A DNA stretch of 47,830 nt from Patescibacteria group bacterium (GTDB taxonomy: Bacteria; Patescibacteriota; Patescibacteriia; UBA10025), in assembly GCA_042570925.1 (NCBI GenBank), contig JBHPFX010000006.1, forward strand, positions 1-47,830, in the 5' to 3' direction. The notes beneath the pieces are model-generated. The model had not been told where the DNA came from and ran no database searches. It saw nothing but the letters and a program-made list of their open reading frames with translations. Each line of letters opens with the position of its first letter. Within the stretch, counting starts at the first letter, position 1. Positions 19,401 to 28,705 of this stretch are shown piece after piece. The position numbers and the translations under genes are program-made.

Positions 19401-20338
19401 TGAGGCTGTATGTCGTTAGAAATGAAATTCTTTAATAATTTCAATACTCGTACAATTCGTTTTTTTCGGCTTTCAGGTGCAGTTATAATTTCTTCTTCCA
19501 GAACTTTTACCCGTTGAGTGAGATCGATTTCACCTAAAAGCTGACGTACTGCGTCCGCTCCAATACTGGCCTCAAAAACATGACCATACTTTAAGGAGAG
19601 GTCCTGATAAGCTTGCTCAGAAATAATGCGAAGTGGCTGCAAATCCTGCAGTTCTTTTTTTGCAAGATCGACTGCTTCACGGAGGCTCTTTAATTTCTCT
19701 TCGCGGAATGCCGCATTTGAAGAAAGTTCATTCTCTTCCTCTTCATCATGTTTCGCATCCTTATTCTGATTTTTTTCGCCTCGCTCAAGTGCCCGTTTCT
19801 TGATCTCGCTGACCTGTCGATTGAATTCCGCCTCGATAGACTTTTTCTTTGCAGAATGCTCCGTTTCGAGCTGTTGGATCGTTTCTTCTCGTAATGTATC
19901 GTCAACGCGTGTAATAATGAAACTGGCAAAATAAATAACTTTTTCTAAATCCTGAACAGATAAATCTAAAACTAACCCAATTTTTGAAGGTATGCCACGT
20001 AAGAACCAGATATGAGAAACAGGTGAAGCAAGCTTGATATGTCCCATGCGCTCTCTCCGTACGATACTTCTTGTTACTTCAACTCCACATTTGTCGCAAA
20101 TAATGCCCTTATAGCGGATTTTTTTGTACTTGCCGCAGTAACACTCCCAATCTTTTGTGGGGCCAAAAATCTTCTCACAAAAAAGACCATCCTTTTCCGG
20201 CTTTTGAGTACGATAATTCACCGTCTCAGGTTTTAGTACTTCACCATGGGACCAATCAAGAATTGTTGCAGGTGACGCAAGACGAAGCCTGATGGCAGAG
20301 AAGTCGAGTTGTTGGGATTCGGGATTTAATGTATGCAT
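16463..20338 (-). CDS. rpoC: RNA polymerase beta' subunit
   Basis: Zn-finger CYCGKYK...CDKC, catalytic NADFDGD, TQLTMRTFH. Confidence 0.99.
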   Translation of the reverse strand: MHTLNPESQQLDFSAIRLRLASPATILDWSHGEVLKPETVNYRTQKPEKDGLFCEKIFGPTKDWECYCGKYKKIRYKGIICDKCGVEVTRSIVRRERMGHIKLASPVSHIWFLRGIPSKIGLVLDLSVQDLEKVIYFASFIITRVDDTLREETIQQLETEHSAKKKSIEAEFNRQVSEIKKRALERGEKNQNKDAKHDEEEENELSSNAAFREEKLKSLREAVDLAKKELQDLQPLRIISEQAYQDLSLKYGHVFEASIGADAVRQLLGEIDLTQRVKVLEEEIITAPESRKKRIVRVLKLLKNFISNDIQPQHMILSAVPVIPPDLRPMVQLDGGRFAASDLNDLYRRVINRNNRLKRLLELNAPEVICRNERRMLQEAVDALIDNNARHGKTVTSSTGQKRTLKSIADILKGKQGRFRQNLLGKRVDYSGRSVIVVGPHLKLHECGIPKIMALELFKPFIIAKLIQRELVHNVRSASRFIEGERPEIWDILEEVTKGSRVLLNRAPTLHRLGIQAFTPILIEGKAIQIHPLVCPAFNADFDGDQMAVHVPLTEKAKWEAKEIMTSTKNLLKPATGKPVVSPSQDIVLGCFYLTALKEKKKDKSMKAFSSTDEAQTAFNQGSINIQEQIKIKINGKIIDTSIGRILFNNLLPKKLQYINETMAKKKLSEMVSTSLSQFGPERTVIMLDDIKNASLFYLTRSGISWGMDDLTLPQKKGGVIKEAEKKIDQIQEHYDAGLLTNDERHSKVIEVWSQVKDDVQKLSKESLDKTGPVYAMIESGSRGSWGQITQMMGMKGLVTNPTGETIELPVTGSFKEGFDVLEYFISTHGARKGLSDTALRTANAGYLTRRLVDVSQDMVISEEDCKDTEGVMLTIKESDEIGESLINRLIGSVLLSDLTGPKSKKVIVKAGELVTLDKREKIEKAGITNAHIRSVLSCKSTYGLCQTCYGFDLGYNDLVKPGTAVGIIAAQSIGEPGTQLTMRTFHTGGVAGKDITQGLPRVEELFEARPVKRPAVISDKDGKVSIVSGEDNQRIIKLTYHDSGSEVYPFENDKKPELLVKDKQKVKENAELFSIKSKKITAKHAGTVHIEKNGITITSEGEKTKEYVVPQDRFILVKDGEQVERGQQLTEGSLDLHQLYFLKGQEAVQKYIMKEIQFIYSSQGQNLDDKHIEIIVRQMFSRVYIKHAGDTHFVSGEVVERGQFTAANQKVKKEKKEEAKGDVLLLGITKASLSIDSFLSAASFQETARVLIDAAVSGKVDNLRGLKENVIIGKLIPAGTGYKNSDKKAE

Positions 20339-20346
20339 TGATCCAT

Positions 20347-23300
20347 TTATTTCTTATCTTTTTTCTCAGTACTTGCCTTTTCCTTTACCGGTTCTTTCGC
20401 AGGTTCTTCTGGCTTTTCTCCTTCAACTTTGCCTATAAGCTCAACATCAAGACAAAGCCCTTTGAGTTCACGAACGAGAACATTGAATGACTCTGGAATA
20501 TTAATCTTTCGAATAGGTTCGCCCTTGATAATGGCCTCATATGCTTTAGAGCGGCCAGGAACATCATCAGATTTTATGGTCAACATTTCCTGAAGCGTAT
20601 ATGCGGCTCCATAGGCCTCAAGTGCCCATACTTCCATTTCACCAAATCGCTGACCACCAAATTGTGCCTTACCACCCAACGGCTGCTGGGTTACTAATGA
20701 GTAAGGACCAATCGAACGCATATGAATTTTATCCTCGACAAGATGATTAAGCTTCAGCATGTAGATATACCCAACGGTAACCGGATTATCAAATAATTCA
20801 CCATTTCGGCCGTCAAATAATTCCACTTTGCCCTCGCGCGGGTATCCGGCACGCTCAAGTTCAGTTCGAATTATTTCTTCATCTACTCCGTCTAATGCCG
20901 GACTTGCAACCCGATAGCCCAATTTCTTCGCAGCAAGGCCTAAATGTGTTTCCAGAATCTGACCTAGATTCATACGTGAAGCGACTCCCAATGGATTAAG
21001 AATAATATCCACTGGAGTTCCGTCTTTCATATATGGCATGTCTTCAACTGAAACAATTCGGGATATAACTCCTTTATTTCCATGACGTCCAGCCATTTTA
21101 TCACCAACCTGGATTTTTCTCAGTTGTGCCACTGAAATTTGAATTGACTTCAACACCCCGGACGGAAGTTTGTCGCCATTCTCACGGGAAAATATTCGAA
21201 TGTTTACTACTTTTCCGTGTTCGCCGTGCTCAAGGTAGAGGGAACTGTCTTTAACATCTTTTGCTTTCTCACCAAAAATCGCTCGTAGTAATTTTTCTTC
21301 AGCAGATAATTCCGTTTCTCCTTTTGGGGTAATTTTTCCGGCAAGGATATCGCCACTCTTTACTTCTGCACCAATCATTACAACACCTTCTTCATCAAGA
21401 TTCTTGAGTTTGTCTTCACCAATATTCGGGATATCGCGAGTAACTACTTCGGGACCAAGTTTGGTGTCACGAATATCAACAACATAATCCTCAATATGAA
21501 TTGATGTGTAGCGGTCATCTTCCACCAACCGTGAAGAAATGAGAATAGCATCTTCATAATTTCCGCCTTCCCACGGCATAAACGCAACAAGAATATTCTG
21601 ACCAAGTCCGAGCTCACCCTGTTCGGTTGCAGCTCCGTCAGCAAGCACCTCTCCTTTTGTCACTTTCTGCCCTTTCTCAATGATAGACTTTTGATTCATG
21701 CAAGTAGACGCATTAGATCGCACAAATTTTCCCAATGTATACGTATGGGTTTTCCCGTTATCTTCCTTTATTTCGATAGTATTTGAATCAACAGAGGTAA
21801 CTTTTCCACCCTCTTTTGCCAGAATGACATGGCCTGAATCTTGTGCCGCCCTACCTTCAACCCCAGTACCAACAATTGGTGTTTGCGGCCGGACGCATGA
21901 GACTGCCTGACGTTGCATATTCGTCCCCATCAGGGCTCGAACGGCGTCATCATGCTCAAGAAATGGAATAAGAGAGGTTGAAATACTCACAATCTGCTTT
22001 GGCGAAACATCCATATAGTCTATCTTCCAGATGTAATCTACTGTCGGCTCTCCATGTTCCCGTACTTCAGCTTTTTCACTGGCAAAATATCCCTTTTCAT
22101 CGATAGGTGTGGTGGCAGCAGTAGTTATGAACTGCTCTTCCTTGAATGCATCAAGATGAACAATCTCATCAGTGACACGCGGCTTAATCGGAATTGTTTT
22201 AATATCTTTTAGAGATGATAATTTTTGAGCAATTTGTTTTGTAATATTTTCTCCCGCTCGTGCAATTACACTGTCCTTATCTTTTATATCTTCTCGTAAA
22301 ATTTCTCCTTCGGTTTTTTTAGGGTCATTGTCGATATCATGAATCACCTTCCTATATGGTGTTTCTAAAAATCCAAAGTCATTGATACGGGCAAAGGAGG
22401 CCAAGTGGCCAACAAGACCGATGTTTGGTCCTTCAGGCGTGGCAATAGGACAAATTCGTCCATAGTGCGTTCGGTGCACATCTCGAACATCAAAACCTGC
22501 TCGTTCACGAGAAAGTCCTCCCGGCCCCATCGCTGATAATCTTCGCTTGTGTTCCAATTCTGCCAATGGATTTGTCTGATCCATAAACTGCGACAGCTGA
22601 GAAGACATAAAAAACTCCTTTACTGAACCAATAACCGGACGTGCATTGATTAATTGGTTTGGAGTCAGAGTCGCGATATCAAGAGTCGACATACGATCTT
22701 TGATAATTCGCTCCATTCGTGCTAACCCGACGCGAAATTTGTTCTGTACAAGTTCACCAATAGCTCGAACACGCCTATTACCTAAATGATCAATGTCATC
22801 CGCGTCTCTCTGTGAGTTATTCAAGCGAATGACTTCTTTGACAATCTGAATTATGTCTTCCTTCTGAAGAACTCTGTATTCTTTTGTATTTGGAAAATCA
22901 AAACCAAAGCGATGATTGAGCTTATACCGACCTACTCTCCCAAAATCATAGCGATCAAAGCTAAAAAACATTTTGAAGATGAGTTCTCGGGCATTATCAA
23001 CTGTTGCCAGGTCACCTGGACGAACACGCTTGTATACTTCCTGCAAGCCCTCTCCTTCGCTTCTTGATGTATCTTTTGTAACGGTGCTTTCTATGTATCG
23101 ATTATCAGGATGCGTATCAACATCTTTGAATAAATCAATTAATTCATCATTAGAACCAAAACCAAACGCACGCATAAGTGCTGAAATCGGCACTTTTCGC
23201 TTTCGATCAACCTTTACATGAATGACATTATTGTAATCGGTCTCAATTTCTAGCCAGGCGCCACGGTTTGGAATAATTTTTGCCCCATACATTTTTCGTC

Positions 23301-23742
23301 CTCGAACAATATCCGAAGTGAAAAAAACACCAGCTGAACGAATCAACTGGCTGACTACTACACGCTCGATTCCATTGACAATGAATGTGCCTCGATCAGT
23401 CATTAATGGAAAATCACCGAGATATATTTCCTGTTCTTTTATTTCTCCGGTTTTTTTATTAACCAGCTTGGTTTCAACACGTAGCGGAGCTTCGAATGTT
23501 ACATTTTTTGAGTGAGCAGTTTGTTCATCAAATCGAGGTTCATCAAGATAGTAATCAAGAAAATATAATTCCAAATCTCTCCCGATAAAATCTTTTACGG
23601 GAGTTATTTCTTCAAAAAGTTCTCGTAAGCCTTCACGGAAAAACCAATCATACGAATGGCGTTGAACCTCAATGAGATTTGGTAGAGGCGCGGTTTCTTT
23701 TACTTGGGTAAAATATTTTCGTTGAGTTGTTGTGTTGGCCAT
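20347..23742 (-). CDS. rpoB: RNA polymerase beta subunit
   Basis: SQLSQFMDQTNPLAELEHKRR, GDKMAGRHGNKG, GQRFGEMEVWA. Confidence 0.99.
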   Translation of the reverse strand: MANTTTQRKYFTQVKETAPLPNLIEVQRHSYDWFFREGLRELFEEITPVKDFIGRDLELYFLDYYLDEPRFDEQTAHSKNVTFEAPLRVETKLVNKKTGEIKEQEIYLGDFPLMTDRGTFIVNGIERVVVSQLIRSAGVFFTSDIVRGRKMYGAKIIPNRGAWLEIETDYNNVIHVKVDRKRKVPISALMRAFGFGSNDELIDLFKDVDTHPDNRYIESTVTKDTSRSEGEGLQEVYKRVRPGDLATVDNARELIFKMFFSFDRYDFGRVGRYKLNHRFGFDFPNTKEYRVLQKEDIIQIVKEVIRLNNSQRDADDIDHLGNRRVRAIGELVQNKFRVGLARMERIIKDRMSTLDIATLTPNQLINARPVIGSVKEFFMSSQLSQFMDQTNPLAELEHKRRLSAMGPGGLSRERAGFDVRDVHRTHYGRICPIATPEGPNIGLVGHLASFARINDFGFLETPYRKVIHDIDNDPKKTEGEILREDIKDKDSVIARAGENITKQIAQKLSSLKDIKTIPIKPRVTDEIVHLDAFKEEQFITTAATTPIDEKGYFASEKAEVREHGEPTVDYIWKIDYMDVSPKQIVSISTSLIPFLEHDDAVRALMGTNMQRQAVSCVRPQTPIVGTGVEGRAAQDSGHVILAKEGGKVTSVDSNTIEIKEDNGKTHTYTLGKFVRSNASTCMNQKSIIEKGQKVTKGEVLADGAATEQGELGLGQNILVAFMPWEGGNYEDAILISSRLVEDDRYTSIHIEDYVVDIRDTKLGPEVVTRDIPNIGEDKLKNLDEEGVVMIGAEVKSGDILAGKITPKGETELSAEEKLLRAIFGEKAKDVKDSSLYLEHGEHGKVVNIRIFSRENGDKLPSGVLKSIQISVAQLRKIQVGDKMAGRHGNKGVISRIVSVEDMPYMKDGTPVDIILNPLGVASRMNLGQILETHLGLAAKKLGYRVASPALDGVDEEIIRTELERAGYPREGKVELFDGRNGELFDNPVTVGYIYMLKLNHLVEDKIHMRSIGPYSLVTQQPLGGKAQFGGQRFGEMEVWALEAYGAAYTLQEMLTIKSDDVPGRSKAYEAIIKGEPIRKINIPESFNVLVRELKGLCLDVELIGKVEGEKPEEPAKEPVKEKASTEKKDKK

Positions 23743-23935
23743 GAAAAAAAACGTTAAAAAAACGTATGGAGGCCTCTTTAAGGATATGAAAAAAATACTC
23801 TCCTCCCACTAGTAACAAAAGCGGAACGAGTTATTGGGCGCTTGATTCAGTTTTACGAATTGTCGTCTGACCCCATGTAGTATTTAGAGGCTTCCATGCC
23901 TTCGCCATTTATTGGCGGAGAGGAATTGCGTAGTA
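23743..23935 (-). promoter_or_regulatory. Putative structured rpoB 5' leader
   Basis: Long-range stem 23886-23897/23766-23777 encloses inner stems (TCAG/CTGA, ACGA/TCGT, TTCCGCT/AGTGGGA) and is followed by T7 and T8 tracts before the ATG. Confidence 0.5.
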
Positions 23936-23938
23936 GAG

Positions 23939-23973
23939 AGCATAGCAGAAAGAGTCTTGGTATGTCAAGACTC
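23939..23973 (-). promoter_or_regulatory. rpoBC promoter with -35 embedded in an 8-bp inverted repeat
   Basis: TTGACA-18-TATGCT with extended TG; GAGTCTTG (23952-59) N6 CAAGACTC (23966-73). Confidence 0.6.
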
Positions 23974-24063
23974 CGCGTTTTTTGTCAAGATAGTGATCGT
24001 TCATCCCTAAAAACAGCTTAATATATACTCGTTATACTTTGCACAAAACAAGTATCAAGTAAG

Positions 24064-24072
24064 TTATCCACA
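24064..24072 (+). promoter_or_regulatory. Single consensus DnaA box
   Basis: TTATCCACA exact match between murE and the rpoB promoter. Confidence 0.4.
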
Positions 24073-24073
24073 G

Positions 24074-25405
24074 TTATCTGAGACATTTTTTGGCGATCTC
24101 AGCATCATTCCACGGAATATGTTTGCCGCCCTTCACTACCATTATTTGTTCTCCGCCTTTTCCGGAAATTAATACCACATCCTTTTTTTGAGCAAGTGAA
24201 ATTGCTTTATTGATTGCTTCACGCCGATCAATAATTTTTAAAAGATTATTTCCCTCTGTAAACTTTTTTCTCCCAAACATAACTACGCCCTTTATAACAT
24301 CATCAATAATATCCTGCGGCGGCTCATCATAAGGATCTTCATTTGTGACAATAACCATGTCAGCAAATTCTGCGGCAAGACCACCCATCACTGAACGTTT
24401 TGATTTGTCGCGCCCACCTCCTTGTGATCCTAGTACAGAGATAAGTCGATGTGGCTGTAATAATCTTACCGATTCAAATGCAGCCCGCAGACTAGCCGGC
24501 TCATGAGCGTAATCTACAAACACATGAAATCCTTTTGAATTTTTAATTTCTTCTAACCTTCCAGGAGGTGGATGAGTTTTTTGTAATGCTTCTTTGATCG
24601 TATTCAGGGAAACACCCAGTGCACTACACGTAGTTATGGCAGTTAAAGAATTGTAAGCATTATGCTGTCCAATAAGGGGAATTGAAAACTTGGTTTCACG
24701 AACCATAAACTCACTTTTATCGCCGTGAAGAGAAATATCTTTTGCGACAAAAATATCTTCTCCATCTTTTGATGGATCAGTTGAAAAGAAATATGTAGAA
24801 TCCGAGAAATAATTTGTAAAATAATTGAAATGCTCGTCGTCACGATTAAGAATTTTTACTTTCGGAATTTTTTTCCCGTCAAGAACCTTGCGATAACTCC
24901 CTCCAAGAGAAGCAAAGAGCCTCCCCTTGGCTTCGCGGTATTTCTCAAACGATCCGTGAGATTCGATATGCTCCGGACTGAGATTCGTGAGAACAGCCAC
25001 ATCATATTCAATCCCCCTCTGGCGATGCTGGCGTATACCTTCTGAAGTGGTTTCTACAATTGCATAAGTACATCCGGCGTCAACCATTTGCCGCAGGAGT
25101 TTTTGAAGTTTAAATCTTCCAGGCATAGTCATTTTAAGCAAGTTGGGCCATGATTCGTCTGCAATGCGAAATGAGGTGCCAGAAATGAATCCGACTTTTT
25201 CTCCGGCATGACGAAGAATGTCAGACAGTAAATAAACTACACTGGTTTTTCCTTTCGTTCCCGTAACTCCGATAACAACCATCTTTCGCGACGGATGACG
25301 ATACACCATAGCACCGAATGCTGCGAGCATTCTATGGTAGGCGAGAAATATTTGTTCAGGAAGAACTGCTCTCAGGAGTCCTTTTACGTTGTAGACGATG
25401 GACAT
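24074..25405 (-). CDS. murE: UDP-N-acetylmuramyl-tripeptide synthetase (MurE family)
   Basis: GVTGTKGKTS, ETTSEG, TNLSPEHIESH, PGRLE, VDYAH, GGRDKSKR, GKGGE. Confidence 0.9.
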   Translation of the reverse strand: MSIVYNVKGLLRAVLPEQIFLAYHRMLAAFGAMVYRHPSRKMVVIGVTGTKGKTSVVYLLSDILRHAGEKVGFISGTSFRIADESWPNLLKMTMPGRFKLQKLLRQMVDAGCTYAIVETTSEGIRQHRQRGIEYDVAVLTNLSPEHIESHGSFEKYREAKGRLFASLGGSYRKVLDGKKIPKVKILNRDDEHFNYFTNYFSDSTYFFSTDPSKDGEDIFVAKDISLHGDKSEFMVRETKFSIPLIGQHNAYNSLTAITTCSALGVSLNTIKEALQKTHPPPGRLEEIKNSKGFHVFVDYAHEPASLRAAFESVRLLQPHRLISVLGSQGGGRDKSKRSVMGGLAAEFADMVIVTNEDPYDEPPQDIIDDVIKGVVMFGRKKFTEGNNLLKIIDRREAINKAISLAQKKDVVLISGKGGEQIMVVKGGKHIPWNDAEIAKKCLR

Positions 25406-25970
25406 ACATGTCAGCGATTAAAATGAGAAGAAGTGCTCCAACCAGATTTAATAGCATATCATTTACTGTATCCACACCTGACCCAAGCCTGCCCGATGAA
25501 TTAATGGCATCTTCTGTGTATTCTTCAATCTCATACAGCACACCAACCATGTTTGCTATGGTGAGTGCCAAGGTATTAAGCAGCCAACGCGGTAAAATTA
25601 TTTTTTTTGCTTGGTACAGTCTCCACAGAGTGATGAATGAAATGATGCCTAGTGCGCTTCCTCCGATAAAATGTGCTGCTTGATCATACCAGATAAATTG
25701 AGTATACCAATGTACGACATCCCCAAGTGCATCCCAACTTGTTCCAAAAAGTGAAATGATATATGCAAACCAGGGAAGTCCAGATCCTGTTGCTTTTTTT
25801 AAATGATGAGAAATGAGCTCGATTGCCACCCAGACACCCACAGCGGTGATTGCTAAGCCAACCCAGGTAAAATCAAGAGTGAAATGTAATATACCAACCC
25901 AATTCAGTAATTCAAATAGTATCCATCCAAGAAATCCTATGCGTGCGATCCAAATGAAAATCTTATTCAT
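25356..25970 (-). CDS. Integral membrane protein, DUF2238-like
   Basis: About 6 TM helices; WYDQAAHF...LYEIEEY...DTVNDM motif; 3' end overlaps the murE start by 50 nt. Confidence 0.65.
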   Translation of the reverse strand: MNKIFIWIARIGFLGWILFELLNWVGILHFTLDFTWVGLAITAVGVWVAIELISHHLKKATGSGLPWFAYIISLFGTSWDALGDVVHWYTQFIWYDQAAHFIGGSALGIISFITLWRLYQAKKIILPRWLLNTLALTIANMVGVLYEIEEYTEDAINSSGRLGSGVDTVNDMLLNLVGALLLILIADMYVHRLQRKRTPESSSS

Positions 25971-26040
25971 GATGCATTATTAATAGTATTAATTCCTTTT
26001 TAAGCTGGTTATGAATCAACTAGTTTTCCTACGTAACCCG

Positions 26041-26346
26041 TTATGACGTTTCATGCATGACCCATTTCTTATAGGGAGTATACACACGATTTACCGGTAA
26101 TTCCATGATACATGGGACTGTATACGAATGGTGCTTGGTAATAATTTTTTCAATTTGCTTATAATGTTTTTTTGTCGTTGAAACAAAACTGATAATCTCT
26201 TTTTTATGCACGGTCCTCCCCTTCCATCTATATGATGAATGCACGGGAAAAAAGTTCGCGCATGCAACAAGATGCTTGTTGAGAAGCATATGAGATATCT
26301 TTTTTGCTTCAGTTACTGATGGATAGCTCACGTACACATGAATCAT
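26041..26346 (-). CDS. cutA: Divalent-cation tolerance protein CutA
   Basis: LVACAN, SSYRWKG, HHSYTVPCI, YKKWV. Confidence 0.92.
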   Translation of the reverse strand: MIHVYVSYPSVTEAKKISHMLLNKHLVACANFFPVHSSYRWKGRTVHKKEIISFVSTTKKHYKQIEKIITKHHSYTVPCIMELPVNRVYTPYKKWVMHETS

Positions 26347-26349
26347 ACG

Positions 26350-26745
26350 CTATTCTGCCCGGATAAGATTACCATCAATATCTAATTCTACAAAGTGTGT
26401 AGCCTCGCCCGAGCGATAAGCCGAACATTGATTTGCAGGATCATTATCAATGGCTTGCCGAGGATCATGCACGACGTCAGCAACCCAGCCAGGAATGACT
26501 TCATTAGATAGGCACGGACCGTCAGATAAATCTTCTCCTGAAAAAGAGTATGCCCGCCATAATTCCTTGGCCTTTGAGATAGCCAACCTCTGATCAGCTG
26601 CTTCCTTAATATCAATTGACCCAATTCCCGTTATCGCATTAATAGCATCGTTGGCGATACTGTCCTCGGAGTCTCGAAAATATAAAAAGAAAGTTCCAAT
26701 AACTACCAGAGCCACTATGATGATAAGAAAAATAATCTTTTTCAT
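26350..26745 (-). CDS. Hypothetical membrane-anchored exported protein
   Basis: N-terminal signal anchor; GPCLS...WVADVVHDPR...NQC...HFVELD with two Cys. Confidence 0.75.
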   Translation of the reverse strand: MKKIIFLIIIVALVVIGTFFLYFRDSEDSIANDAINAITGIGSIDIKEAADQRLAISKAKELWRAYSFSGEDLSDGPCLSNEVIPGWVADVVHDPRQAIDNDPANQCSAYRSGEATHFVELDIDGNLIRAE

Positions 26746-26878
26746 ATACTTGAGGAATTTCGAGAGACATGTTTTCCTTTTACACCAGATTTTCTCAATC
26801 GAGAAGATATAATTTTACGCCGATGAAATGCCGTCTGAGTGGCATACTTAGGATGAGACTGTGCACGACGCGAAAACT

Positions 26879-27268
26879 TCATTTAGATTTATTCATCATG
26901 CGCTTTTGATTCTGTATAATCTCTTCAAGCATGGCTTTTATCTTTGATATCTCACGCTCCGAACGCTGATCCACCTCATAATCCATTTGTGCGCGTAGTT
27001 CGGATCGTTCATTCTGGCGATTTTGAGAAATTAAAATGAAGGTAGATAAAAAGATTGCTTCAAGAGAAACAACTAGTGTAAGTAATCCGAATGGATACGG
27101 ATCCCATTCATTTATCCAGCCAATAATATTAATAACTACCCAAATAAAAAACCAAACGGCATGAAAATAAACAAACCGCATATTACCGCAAAATGCAGTA
27201 ATCTTATCAGCAAGTTTGTCCTGCCACGTGAGATTCTTATCAAATTGTTTTAACCTGCTTATTGGCAT
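26879..27268 (-). CDS. DUF1003 family membrane protein
   Basis: LADKITAFCG, DPYPFGLLTLVVSLEAIFLSTFILISQNRQ. Confidence 0.92.
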   Translation of the reverse strand: MPISRLKQFDKNLTWQDKLADKITAFCGNMRFVYFHAVWFFIWVVINIIGWINEWDPYPFGLLTLVVSLEAIFLSTFILISQNRQNERSELRAQMDYEVDQRSEREISKIKAMLEEIIQNQKRMMNKSK

Positions 27269-27316
27269 ACATTCATTAAATGAAGTATACCAAATGCAGT
27301 AAAAAACAGCTACCAG

Positions 27317-28483
27317 TTATTTCAACGCTTTCTTGAGAATATCCACTTTATCGGTTCTCTCCCAGGTAAAATCTTTATCCTCCCGACCGAAATGTCCGTA
27401 CGCCGCTGTCTTTTCATATATCGGGCGCTTCAGATCTAATTCTCGAATAATGTCAGCTGGTTTAAGCGGGAAATGTTTTTCGACAAGATCTTCAATTTTA
27501 TCATCATCAATCTTACCCGTATCGAATGTATTTACCATAACAGAAACAGGCTTTGCAACACCGATCGCATAGGCAAGTTGGACCTCACATTGTTTTGCTA
27601 GTCCTGCAGCAACAATGTTTTTCGCAATGTAGCGAGCAGCATAGGATGCGCTCCGATCAACTTTTGAAACATCTTTTCCGGAAAAACATCCTCCACCATG
27701 AGCTCCTACTCCTCCGTATGTATCTACAATAATTTTTCTTCCAGTCAGACCTGCATCGGCAGGTGGGCCACCAATAACAAATTTTCCCGTTGAATTAATA
27801 AATATCTTCGTCTCATCAGTAAGCCACGTTCCAAGCACCGGCTTAATAACTTCTCGTGTAATGTCATCCCGGATCTTCTGTATATCAACACCTTTTGAAT
27901 GATGGGCAGCGATAACAACCGTTTCTACCTTTTTTGGAGTTCCATTTGCGTATTCAACAGTAACTTGTGACTTTCCGTCAGGTCGAAGGTATGTCTGCTT
28001 AACATTCTTACGAACCTCCGCGAGTTTCATGGTGAGCTTGTGTGCAAGCGAAATTGCCAGGGGCATCAGCTCGGGCGTTTCATCAGTAGCATACCCAAAC
28101 ATCAAGCCCTGATCACCCGCCCCCTGTTCTTTAAAGTCACCCGTACCTTCATCGACTCCCTGCGCAATATCCGGTGATTGATCGTGCAACGAACTAATTA
28201 CACCGACATCTTCATAGTTAAAACCATATTCTGATTTATCATATCCAATCCTTTTCAGTGTTCTGCGGACAATATCTTGAATGTTCACGTACGCTTTTGT
28301 GCGTGCTTCACCGCCTACCATTACTAATCCCGTTGTCGCAAAACACTCAACACCCGCACGTGAGTCCGGGTCCTGTTTAAGCATTTCATCATAAATCGCA
28401 TCAGAAATCTGATCACATATTTTATCAGGATGGCCCTCAGTAACAGATTCTGATGTAAAGAGTTTTTTCTTTCTCTGAGTCAT
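27317..28483 (-). CDS. metK: S-adenosylmethionine synthetase
   Basis: [36 protein letters not shown]. Confidence 0.98.
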   Translation of the reverse strand: MTQRKKKLFTSESVTEGHPDKICDQISDAIYDEMLKQDPDSRAGVECFATTGLVMVGGEARTKAYVNIQDIVRRTLKRIGYDKSEYGFNYEDVGVISSLHDQSPDIAQGVDEGTGDFKEQGAGDQGLMFGYATDETPELMPLAISLAHKLTMKLAEVRKNVKQTYLRPDGKSQVTVEYANGTPKKVETVVIAAHHSKGVDIQKIRDDITREVIKPVLGTWLTDETKIFINSTGKFVIGGPPADAGLTGRKIIVDTYGGVGAHGGGCFSGKDVSKVDRSASYAARYIAKNIVAAGLAKQCEVQLAYAIGVAKPVSVMVNTFDTGKIDDDKIEDLVEKHFPLKPADIIRELDLKRPIYEKTAAYGHFGREDKDFTWERTDKVDILKKALK

Positions 28484-28505
28484 TGCTTATTTTAGTTAAT
28501 TATTT

Positions 28506-28532
28506 AAAAACTTCTTATCTATTGATAAGAAG
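28506..28532 (-). terminator. Riboswitch-controlled intrinsic terminator upstream of metK
   Basis: CTTCTTATC-AATA-GATAAGAAG followed by TTTTT; its 5' arm can alternatively pair with the P1 3' strand GATAAGGGG (antiterminator). Confidence 0.85.
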
Positions 28533-28544
28533 CGCTTTTTAGCA

Positions 28545-28656
28545 CCCCTTATCTATCTTGGATGGGGCACCTACTTCTCCTTCGCTTGCTAAAGCTTCGG
28601 AGAGCGGTTGCCGGGAGGTCATCGGGCCAAATCCCTCGCTCCACTCATAATAAGAG
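28545..28656 (-). ncRNA. SAM-I (S-box) family riboswitch, apparently lacking P4
   Basis: CTCTTATT-ATGAG...GAGGGATTTGGCCCGATGA...GGCAACC...GGTGC...TCCAAG-ATA-GATAAGGGG directly upstream of metK. Confidence 0.92.
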
Positions 28657-28663
28657 TAATATG

Positions 28664-28691
28664 ATTGTATCAGAACAACTGACGATGTCAA
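28664..28691 (-). promoter_or_regulatory. metK promoter
   Basis: TTGACA-16-TACAAT with extended TG; predicted start about 28657, coinciding with the riboswitch 5' end. Confidence 0.75.
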
Positions 28692-28705
28692 AATGCCCCC
28701 AGAGG

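Noticed and set aside
16463-23742. Inteins or introns in rpoB/rpoC (also checked recA, polA)
   Set aside because: Lengths are normal, frames are continuous and no intein C/S...HN splice motifs were seen.
24064-24072. oriC suggested by a perfect DnaA box
   Set aside because: Only one consensus box, with no cluster and no dnaA/dnaN nearby.
26746-26878. Weak hairpins between the DUF1003 gene and the 131-aa gene
   Set aside because: Short imperfect stems, no recognisable family and no second copy seen in the window.
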